The notes beneath the pieces are model-generated. The model worked only from the letters and a program-made list of their open reading frames with translations, ran no database searches and was not told the DNA's origin. Positions 26,764 to 33,229 of a stretch of DNA of 33,229 bases are shown here, one piece after another. Numbering within the stretch: the stretch's first letter is position 1; each line of letters begins with the position of its first letter. Made by a program: the position numbers and the translations under genes. The DNA is from a virus (taxonomy: Duplodnaviria; Caudoviricetes): the IMG/VR virus record IMGVR_UViG_3300046738_000019, positions 1 through 33,229 of that record; one strand, 5' to 3'.

Positions 26764-27086
26764 GGCTCGGCCTTTCGCGCTGCCGCCGTGCGCTTCATGC
26801 CCGCGGCTTTACGGGCGAGGCTCTCGAGCGTGTCGGTATGCCGGGCGGCGAGGCCGCTCAGGTCGCCGCCCTTGAGCAACCCGCGGGTCACCTGGTCGAG
26901 CAGCATGACTTCGCGTTCGGTGAACAACTGCGAGGCGCCAAGGTGCGGGGTTTGGCGCTGAAACGTGCCGCCGTCGTTGGATGGGCAGCGCCACTCGGTC
27001 TCGGGGCCACCGCCGTGGTGCAAGCCCCAAAACTCGCCACAGCGTCGGCACTTGGTGTTGAGCCGGGGCTTTCTTACGGCCGTCAT
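26760..27086 (-). CDS. Hypothetical protein with CxxC..HH..C motif
   Basis: 108 aa, coupled, GAGG RBS. Confidence 0.6.
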   Translation of the reverse strand: MTAVRKPRLNTKCRRCGEFWGLHHGGGPETEWRCPSNDGGTFQRQTPHLGASQLFTEREVMLLDQVTRGLLKGGDLSGLAARHTDTLESLARKAAGMKRTAAARKAEP

Positions 27087-27322
27087 GTCGGCACCTCGCT
27101 TGGCGGCGTCGGGGCCAGCAGCGCCTCGCCCAGCGCAGCCATGACCGCCGCATGCCGTTCTGGGACCGGGTACACGAGCGCATGGCCGAGCGCGAGCGCC
27201 ATCAGGTTGATCCGCAGCCGTGCCTCATCGCGCTGAATTGTCACCCGATCAATCGAGTCGCGCGCAGCATGCAACGCCTCGACCTCGACTTCGATTGCAA
27301 TCGCTGCTGCGTCGACTTTCAT
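27083..27322 (-). CDS. Hypothetical protein
   Basis: 79 aa, coupled at both ends. Confidence 0.55.
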   Translation of the reverse strand: MKVDAAAIAIEVEVEALHAARDSIDRVTIQRDEARLRINLMALALGHALVYPVPERHAAVMAALGEALLAPTPPSEVPT

Positions 27323-27594
27323 GGCTGCACCTCACCCGTAACGAACGCGTCGAAGTCAATGACCGCCTGGTGCGCTGCGGTGGTGGCGTCCCGTCGGCAG
27401 TCACCCGTACCAAGCTTGCTGACGTACGCCGCGATCCAGCACCAGCGGCGCATGTCGCCATGAGCGAGCGCGCCCTGGCACTCGACATAATCCGAGAGCG
27501 CGTCGACAGCGTCGATGATCATGCCCTCCGACGGCGTAATCGGTTCCTTCTCGGCCTCGGACAAACGAAGCCGGATCAGCTCGAGCAGCGTCAT
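27319..27594 (-). CDS. Hypothetical protein
   Basis: ATG 27594 overlaps the upstream stop; GGAGG RBS. Confidence 0.6.
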   Translation of the reverse strand: MTLLELIRLRLSEAEKEPITPSEGMIIDAVDALSDYVECQGALAHGDMRRWCWIAAYVSKLGTGDCRRDATTAAHQAVIDFDAFVTGEVQP

Positions 27595-28052
27595 GCGGCC
27601 TCCGTCGGTACACCGCAGGCGATGCCATTGAAGCCGCTGCACAGTGCACGGCGCGTCATCGCGACAAGCAGCGGGAGCTCACGCTGGGCAGCAAGCGGGT
27701 CAACGCGTGGGCTCGCCTCATGCGCGCGCCGAACGATGGACCCGCGCACTTCCAGCCAGCCCCACCCAGGCGGCAGGTAGCGTCCCGCGAGCAGGCCCGC
27801 AGGTGTGAGGTACCACCGCTCACGGCCCATACCGCGCCACCCCTCGCGGCGACCCGGCTTACGCTGATCGGCGTAGAAGTCCCTGAGCGTTGTCTTGCAC
27901 TCGACAAGGACCGAATAGCCATCGTACCGCCAGCCGATCGCGTCTGGCGACTCGCCGCATGCCCAGGAATTCCGCTCGGTGGCCACCAACGTGCAGCGCC
28001 TGGTGTTGGTGAGCCATCGTCGCGCCCGGTCGATTAGCTCGGCGTGCGTCAT
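27591..28052 (-). CDS. PD-(D/E)xK-fold (MmcB-like) putative nuclease
   Basis: E.PDAIGW.....SVLVECK....DF.AD..K..R....GMG..RWYL.P.GL.....LP.GWG.L motif. Confidence 0.72.
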   Translation of the reverse strand: MTHAELIDRARRWLTNTRRCTLVATERNSWACGESPDAIGWRYDGYSVLVECKTTLRDFYADQRKPGRREGWRGMGRERWYLTPAGLLAGRYLPPGWGWLEVRGSIVRRAHEASPRVDPLAAQRELPLLVAMTRRALCSGFNGIACGVPTEAA

Positions 28053-28285
28053 GCGGCTGACTCCTTCTTCGCCCGTCGCCGCTTCATCGCCCGGCACTTC
28101 CGCTGAAACCAGCAGTCGGTGCAAAGCTCGCCACGGGCATCGTACTCGTCGGAATCACCGCCGGCGCATGCGGGCTTGACTGTTCGGCAGGCAGCGCACT
28201 TGAACAGCTCGCACTCATCGCCGTGCTCGGCCTTACGCACGCAGGCGCGGTCCTTCGCGTACGGGCAGTGGACGGGGTCGGTCAC
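28049..28285 (-). CDS. Cys-rich small protein
   Basis: Nine Cys including CAAC and CTDC; coupled. Confidence 0.55.
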   Translation of the reverse strand: MTDPVHCPYAKDRACVRKAEHGDECELFKCAACRTVKPACAGGDSDEYDARGELCTDCWFQRKCRAMKRRRAKKESAA

Positions 28286-28695
28286 TGGCCCTCGCCCTCC
28301 ACGGTCGTGCCGACCCGTTGCAAGAAGTCACGGCCGCGCGTGGCGGCTGCTGCTGCTTTGGCTTTCTCGTCGGACGCCGGCTGTTGCGTGGTGGGCTCGG
28401 CCGACATCGGCTTGGTCTGCGGTGCCGACAGGAGCGCCGCGAACTGCTCAACGGCCTGGTCGACGACGCATGCAACCATCTGCGCGCCGTGCTCTTGGGC
28501 CAGGCGCTCGAGCTCAGCGGTCGGCTCGACGTCGGGGTTGAGCAATACGTCCTGCACCGTGCCGAGCAGGTTGCTGTGCCCGATGTCGGTGCACTTCGCG
28601 ACCGCGGGCCAGTTGACTGCTGGTTTGCTGCTGCCGCCGCCGGTGGCGCAGCTCAAGCTGATGAGAATGGCACAGCAGATGATGGTGGTTCGCAT
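28282..28695 (-). CDS. Putative lipoprotein
   Basis: MRTTIICCAILISLS-C signal peptide II-like sequence followed by a G/S linker. Confidence 0.65.
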   Translation of the reverse strand: MRTTIICCAILISLSCATGGGSSKPAVNWPAVAKCTDIGHSNLLGTVQDVLLNPDVEPTAELERLAQEHGAQMVACVVDQAVEQFAALLSAPQTKPMSAEPTTQQPASDEKAKAAAAATRGRDFLQRVGTTVEGEGQ

Positions 28696-28699
28696 GGTT

Positions 28700-29407
28700 C
28701 TAACCTTTCGCTCTGGCTCGGCCCTTGGGCAGCATGCCGGTCCACGCCCGCAGTGACTGCTCGCTGGCGCGCTTGCCGATGAGCTTGCCCACTAACGCGG
28801 CCCTCGCGGCCCAGTGCTGCATGCAGATGGCGGGCGCCTCGTCCTCGCCGACGTTGTCGCGGCCGACGATGCCGCGCGCCATGGACTGCTCGACAGGTCG
28901 GACATCCTCGCGTTTGGCGTGCGCCCAGCACGTCCCGAGCACCGGGCCACGCCATTGCTTGGGCTGCACCCGACCCATGCGGCCTCGAGCCTGACCGGCA
29001 GCTCGCCACGCGGCCCGCCAGCGCTCGCATGCAATCGAGCAGCCCACGGTAGCGGTGACTCGCCCGCCCCACATGAACTCGAGCACCATCACAACGGGCA
29101 AGCTGTGGACTTTGCCGAGGGTGACCGCGGCCTCGCAGACGCCGGCGCTCAGATGCGGGTGACGCTCGGTGTCGTGCTCGCCCGAGCCGACGATCTTGCC
29201 ACGCACGCCGATCGCCCAACCGCTCATGCGCGCCGCGTCTACCGTGACGACCACCGCTTCCCAGGGCTTGGGGGCTGGCACCGGGCGCGTGCGTGACTTG
29301 GATTGCGGCACGCACAGCGCTCGAGCGACGGCCGAGACGGGGCCGGGCTTGGGCCCAGCGTCCATGCCGGGCAGCGTGAGCGCGACTGCGGTGCGGCGCC
29401 TAACCAT
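28700..29407 (-). CDS. RuvC-like Holliday junction resolvase-fold protein
   Basis: VTVD....SGWA, MVLE, V.PKQWR..VLG, K, DEAPAIC arranged as in phage RuvC-like proteins. Confidence 0.65.
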   Translation of the reverse strand: MVRRRTAVALTLPGMDAGPKPGPVSAVARALCVPQSKSRTRPVPAPKPWEAVVVTVDAARMSGWAIGVRGKIVGSGEHDTERHPHLSAGVCEAAVTLGKVHSLPVVMVLEFMWGGRVTATVGCSIACERWRAAWRAAGQARGRMGRVQPKQWRGPVLGTCWAHAKREDVRPVEQSMARGIVGRDNVGEDEAPAICMQHWAARAALVGKLIGKRASEQSLRAWTGMLPKGRARAKG

Positions 29408-29609
29408 GGTCGGCCTTCCGGACCAGCTCGAGTGCGTTGTGCAGCCGGCAGTCACCCGAGATCCAGAACCGTGGTCCGTCCGAGTACGGCATGCCGCGAC
29501 CGTGGTGGTTGTCGATCACGGGACACGTGCAACCAAGCAAACGCGCCTCGTGGCTGCCGGGTGTGGGCTTCGGATCGTTCGCCGCGCGAGCCCGGATCGG
29601 CTCATCCAT
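29400..29609 (-). CDS. Small conserved-looking phage protein with Cys/His motif
   Basis: PGS.EA..LGC.CPV.DN.HGRG.....FWI...C.LH. Confidence 0.65.
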   Translation of the reverse strand: MDEPIRARAANDPKPTPGSHEARLLGCTCPVIDNHHGRGMPYSDGPRFWISGDCRLHNALELVRKADHG

Positions 29610-29862
29610 GCTCGACCTCCGCGTCGGCGTCCTGCCACTTCGACCAGATCTCAGCGATCTCCGCTCGCGTCAGCGGCGTGCCGCCATGCGTGCAGGTGTA
29701 GCGGCTCGGTTCCCCCGCCGTGGCCGGTGGATAGATGAGCCCGCCGCAATGGCAGCGCGTGCCACCATGCGCGGCAAACACCTCCTGCTTGCGACGGATC
29801 TCCGCCGCAAACGAGTCCACCTGCTCACGTGTCGGCTGCTTCGGTGCGCCCGCGAAACTCAT
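29602..29862 (-). CDS. Hypothetical protein (CHC...CTH)
   Basis: ATG 29862 overlaps the upstream stop. Confidence 0.55.
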   Translation of the reverse strand: MSFAGAPKQPTREQVDSFAAEIRRKQEVFAAHGGTRCHCGGLIYPPATAGEPSRYTCTHGGTPLTRAEIAEIWSKWQDADAEVEHG

Positions 29863-30068
29863 GCCAGCCCCCGCTTCAGCTCTGGCACCGGCGTCGATCG
29901 CCGCGCGCTTTCGACGACCCGCACCCGCCAGCCGTTCGGCGCGGTCACGTACGTGCCCCACCGTTGGCAACGCCGGCACGCCCAGCGCTGACCGCCAGGA
30001 TCGATCTCGAGGTCGCGGTCGCACTCGAAGCACCACTCGTGGTCGGCGGCTTGCGGTTCAGTGTGCAT
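29859..30068 (-). CDS. Zinc-ribbon small protein
   Basis: CFEC...CRRC; GAGG RBS. Confidence 0.55.
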   Translation of the reverse strand: MHTEPQAADHEWCFECDRDLEIDPGGQRWACRRCQRWGTYVTAPNGWRVRVVESARRSTPVPELKRGLA

Positions 30069-30288
30069 TGCGCGCCTCACGTTGGCGCTGTTGAAGCTCG
30101 TGCACCTGGCGCTCTGCCGTCGCGGACTTGGGTTTGAGCCATGGCCCGTGATTCACGCTCAAGGCGCCGCAGTCAGGACACCACCACAACCGACAATCCT
30201 GATGCATGACGCCGTCGTAATCCGTGACGTGCGCTTGGCTCGCTACGCACCCCTTGCGAAAATGGCGGCATTGCGATTCAGGTTGCAC
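30058..30288 (-). CDS. Zinc-ribbon small protein
   Basis: GGAGG before GTG 30288; CRH...WWCPDCGAL. Confidence 0.5.
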   Translation of the reverse strand: MQPESQCRHFRKGCVASQAHVTDYDGVMHQDCRLWWCPDCGALSVNHGPWLKPKSATAERQVHELQQRQREARNAH

Positions 30289-30589
30289 GCTCGGCCTCCT
30301 CGCGCATGACGCACACGCACGCCTTTGCCTGCTCGAGCGGCGAGAGCCCGATGGCATTGCCGAGCCGGAGCAGCAGCTCCTCCAGTCGATCGCGACGACC
30401 TGGTCGCGGGCCAAGCTGTGCCCGTCGCCGCACCGCCTTGCTCCATCGCTCGCGCAGTTCCTCGAGCTCGGCCGCGAGCTCACCTTCACCGGCGGCCGAC
30501 AGCTCGGCGATCGCCACGTGCATGAGCGTCTGCGGCAACAGGCCCGTCTGCGCTACGAAGTTCTTGGGCACTGCTTCGGGGCTCTTCAT
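30278..30589 (-). CDS. Hypothetical protein
   Basis: ATG 30589 overlaps the DnaB stop. Confidence 0.55.
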   Translation of the reverse strand: MKSPEAVPKNFVAQTGLLPQTLMHVAIAELSAAGEGELAAELEELRERWSKAVRRRAQLGPRPGRRDRLEELLLRLGNAIGLSPLEQAKACVCVMREEAERAT

Positions 30590-32001
30590 GAGTAGCTTCT
30601 CCCGTTGCTGCGTGGTGCGGATTGCTCGTCGTCGTAGCCAAACGACTCTTGCGTGGGCGGGCGCTCGCATTCGGCGAGCGGCTCAAATCGCGTGTACGTG
30701 CTCTGCCAGGCCATGCAGACGGTGCCGAGCGGACCACTGCGTTGCTTCGCAATCACGATCTCCGCGATGCCCTTCTTCTCGGTGTTCGGGTCGTAGACTT
30801 CCTCGCGGTGGATGAAGATCACCGTGTCAGCGTCCTGCTCGATGGCGCCCGACTCGCGCAGGTCACTGAGCCGCGGGCGGCGGTCTGCACCCGAGCGCGA
30901 CTCGATGCCGCGGTTGAGCTGTGAGAGCGCGATGACCGGGCATTGCAGTTCACCAGCCAAGCTCTTGAGCGCGCCGCTGATGTCGGCGACTTCGCGTTCG
31001 CGCTGCTCTCGCCGAGCTTCGGAGCGCGCGATCTGCAGGTAGTCCACGAGCACGAGCGCGAGTGGGCCCTTCTCGCGCGCAAGCCGCCGCGCTTCGCGCC
31101 GGAGCTCGCTGATCCGCGTGTCGCGCCGCTCGATGAAGTACACCGGCAACCGCGAGAGCTCGTCTGCCGTGATCGCCAGGTGCCGGAGCTCGTCGGCGGA
31201 CAGCTGCGCCGAGCGAATGCGCCGGAGGTTGATGCCGCCTTCGGATGCGAGTAGCCGGTGCGTGAGCTGCTCGCCGCTCATCTCGAGCTCGAGCGACAGC
31301 ACTGGTTGCTTGGTGCTCTGCGCGATGCCGAGCTTGATCGCGTTCGCCAGGGCGGTCTTGCCCATGCCCGGTCGGCCTGCGACCACGATCAGGTCGCCGG
31401 GCACGAAGCCGCCGATGGCGTGATCGAGCACTGGCATGCCGCACGAATGGCCGAGCAGCGATTGGCCGCGCTCCTGCCGCTTCGCAAGCGCCGAGTAGCT
31501 GGCGTCGAGCGCGTCTGACAGCGATGTCATGCGCACGTCGCTCAATCGACGCTCTGCAATGCGCGCGAGCACCGAGCCGGCGCGATCGAGGTAATCCGCG
31601 ACGTCGGTCATGGGCTCGGAGCCCTCGGCCGCGACCTCGAGCGCTTGCCGCATGACTTCGCGCACGCTCGCCAGATCGTGCACGCGCTTGGCCATGTCGG
31701 CCGTGTGCGCGATCGTTGGGATCGTGTCTGTGAGCGCGATGAGGTAGTCGTCGCCGCCGGCGGACTCGAGCGCGCCGGAGCTTTCGAGTTGGCCACGCAC
31801 CAGCAACAGATCGATCGCGCTTCCCGCTTTACTGAGCGCGTGCATGCCGCGCCAGATCACGCCGTTGCGCGGCGCGTAGAAGTCGCTTGCATGAAGCACT
31901 TCACTGGCGATCGGCCAGCACTCGCGTGCGTCGAGCAGCACAGCGCCCAGCACTGCGCGTTCGGCTTGCTCGTCGTGCGGGAAGTGCAGCTGCATGCTCA
32001 T
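30586..32001 (-). CDS. dnaB: Replicative DNA helicase DnaB
   Basis: PH..AE.AVLGA.L, Walker A GRPGMGKT, SLEM-like ELEMS, VDYLQ, LSQLNR, P.LSDLRESGAIEQDAD, IAKQRSGP.G. Confidence 0.97.
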   Translation of the reverse strand: MSMQLHFPHDEQAERAVLGAVLLDARECWPIASEVLHASDFYAPRNGVIWRGMHALSKAGSAIDLLLVRGQLESSGALESAGGDDYLIALTDTIPTIAHTADMAKRVHDLASVREVMRQALEVAAEGSEPMTDVADYLDRAGSVLARIAERRLSDVRMTSLSDALDASYSALAKRQERGQSLLGHSCGMPVLDHAIGGFVPGDLIVVAGRPGMGKTALANAIKLGIAQSTKQPVLSLELEMSGEQLTHRLLASEGGINLRRIRSAQLSADELRHLAITADELSRLPVYFIERRDTRISELRREARRLAREKGPLALVLVDYLQIARSEARREQREREVADISGALKSLAGELQCPVIALSQLNRGIESRSGADRRPRLSDLRESGAIEQDADTVIFIHREEVYDPNTEKKGIAEIVIAKQRSGPLGTVCMAWQSTYTRFEPLAECERPPTQESFGYDDEQSAPRSNGRSYS

Positions 32002-32942
32002 CGCGGCACCTTCTCGAGCTCGGGATACGGCTGGTACGCGGGTAGCAGTGCGAGGTTTCCACCGTTGCCGGTGGCACGTGCAACGAGCTCAGCCCACTTG
32101 CCGAAGTCGTCCACGCAGCAGAACTTCAACTCGAGCTCTCGGTGCCGACGTCGCCGCTCGGCGATGTATGCCGTCGCCATGCGCCTAAAGAAGTCCTCCG
32201 GATCGCGGGCGTCTCGTTCGAGGAGCTGCGCCCACGCCGTCGCGAGCCAACTCTGCGCTTGCTCGCTCGGCGCTGCCTTCGGTTGAAGTTCGGCGAGCTC
32301 CTGCCAGATCTCCCAGAGCCGCAAAAGGCCATTCTCAGCTACTGCTTTTGAATGCTCTGCTGCCGTACCTGTAGGCACTGCGCTCGCAGAGTCTGTGAAG
32401 TTTTGTGAAGGTGAGGTGGGGGTGGGGGTGGCGCTACTGCTGCCCGGGGCACCACCCGTGCTCCCAAGCACAGGGATCGCGCGTCCCCCTCCAATTCCAA
32501 TTCCAATTCCCAATCCAGCACGAGTGTCTCGAGAGGGACTCGCGACACCCTCGCGAGTCTTGCGCGAGGGACTCGCGAGTGTCGCGTCCTTGCCAGTCGG
32601 TGGTGGCACGAGTGGCTGACTCGGCCGATCTATCCGCTGGTGGCGTTTCCAGTTAGTGACGTTGTAGTAGGTTTGGCCCTTGACCTCGTAAAGTTGCGCG
32701 AAGCCAATCGCGACAAGCTCGTGCAAGGCTCGCGAGACACTCGCGAGGGACTCGTGCAAGTCGCACGAGGCGTACGGCCATATCCGCGAAGTCAGGTAGA
32801 GGTGGTGCGCCCGCCCATTGCCGTAGTCATCCGCGAGGACGATCAGCGCGACCGACACCATGCGAGCGGTGTCGCTGCAGGTCGCGAGCCTTTCATCTTC
32901 GAGCCACTCCGGCTTGATGGTGCGTATGCGCTTACCGCTCAC
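31998..32942 (-). CDS. Phage replication initiator (O-like) protein
   Basis: RIRTIKPEW..D..L, ADD.G.GRA, W..HQRIDRPS, low-complexity linker; directly upstream of DnaB; GGGAGG RBS before GTG 32942. Confidence 0.78.
   Translation of the reverse strand: MSGKRIRTIKPEWLEDERLATCSDTARMVSVALIVLADDYGNGRAHHLYLTSRIWPYASCDLHESLASVSRALHELVAIGFAQLYEVKGQTYYNVTNWKRHQRIDRPSQPLVPPPTGKDATLASPSRKTREGVASPSRDTRAGLGIGIGIGGGRAIPVLGSTGGAPGSSSATPTPTSPSQNFTDSASAVPTGTAAEHSKAVAENGLLRLWEIWQELAELQPKAAPSEQAQSWLATAWAQLLERDARDPEDFFRRMATAYIAERRRRHRELELKFCCVDDFGKWAELVARATGNGGNLALLPAYQPYPELEKVPR
32491..32582. repeat. CCAATT x3 tract next to five 11-bp tandem units (candidate origin, cluster 1)
   Basis: CTCGAGAGGGA/CTCGCGACACC/CTCGCGAGTCT/TGCGCGAGGGA/CTCGCGAGTGT at 32528-32582. 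Confidence 0.7.
32707..32761. repeat. Five 11-bp tandem units (candidate iterons, cluster 2)
   Basis: ATCGCGACAAG/CTCGTGCAAGG/CTCGCGAGACA/CTCGCGAGGGA/CTCGTGCAAGT. Confidence 0.65.
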
Positions 32943-32956
32943 TTCGCGCGCCTCCC

Positions 32957-33229
32957 TCAGCCCTCCGACGTGCCCGGCCACTTGGTCCCCTGCGCGGTCA
33001 CGCTCTCTGGTTCGTCGTCCAGGTGCTTGCGCAACGGCCGCTCCTCGTCGTCCTCGTCGAGCTCGTCCTCACCGTCCCCGTCGAACATGTCCTCCTGCCG
33101 ATCCGCAGCGCTCATCGCACGCGTGTCGACCTCCGCACCCGTGTCCTGCCGAATCAGTCGAAAGACGTTCTTCGGAAAGTCCTCGACCCAGACGCAACGC
33201 ACCTCGCGCAGCTCCTTACCGCTGTCGAT
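32957..33229 (-). CDS. Hypothetical phage protein, 5'-truncated by the window edge
   Basis: Frame open to the window end; V.C....D......IRQDTG..V..R.M...RQ.DMF followed by an acidic tail. Confidence 0.65.
   Translation of the reverse strand: MDSGKELREVRCVWVEDFPKNVFRLIRQDTGAEVDTRAMSAADRQEDMFDGDGEDELDEDDEERPLRKHLDDEPESVTAQGTKWPGTSEG

Larger units (their letters stand above)
423..33229 (-). mobile_element. Tailed phage/prophage with contractile tail (replication, packaging, head, tail and lysis modules); ends not in window
   Basis: Co-oriented TerS-TerL-portal-MuF-capsid-neck-sheath-tube-TMP-baseplate-fibre-endolysin order, with DnaB and an initiator upstream. Confidence 0.96.

Noticed and set aside
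30586-32001. Intein in DnaB (also checked TerL)
   Set aside because: Both have normal lengths and contiguous motifs, with no C...HN splice junctions
32517-32761. CRISPR array
   Set aside because: Units are 11 bp, directly tandem with no spacers, and lie within a coding region
1-33229. Host assignment (myxobacterium-like impression)
   Set aside because: Based only on high GC and general style; no host marker gene in the window

Overview
GC-rich window holding most of a tailed bacteriophage or prophage with a contractile (myovirus-type) tail. Nearly all genes are on the minus strand and tightly coupled, many with ATGA overlaps. In transcription order (right to left): replication initiator with internal 11-bp iteron-like arrays, DnaB helicase, about 20 small accessory genes (Cys-rich, RuvC-like, PD-(D/E)xK-like, lipoprotein, membrane proteins), TerS, TerL, portal, MuF minor head protein, scaffold/DUF2213, decoration protein, major capsid, neck, sheath, tube, chaperone, tape measure, baseplate, fibres, amidase endolysin and a membrane protein. 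The most notable element is the MuF head protein, which carries a C-terminal PI3K/PI4K-like (HipA-superfamily) kinase domain and is followed by a translationally coupled 84-aa gene. This has the layout of a phage MuF polymorphic toxin-immunity pair with a kinase effector. Also seen: two matching internal promoter-like motifs directly before GTG starts (candidate leaderless mRNAs), a -1 frameshift site with a hairpin in the tail chaperone, and a small 2-TM gene broken by TAG. No integrase, att site, tRNA, rRNA or CRISPR array was recognised. Family names come from motif recognition and gene order, not database searches; several starts were adjusted from the ORF track.
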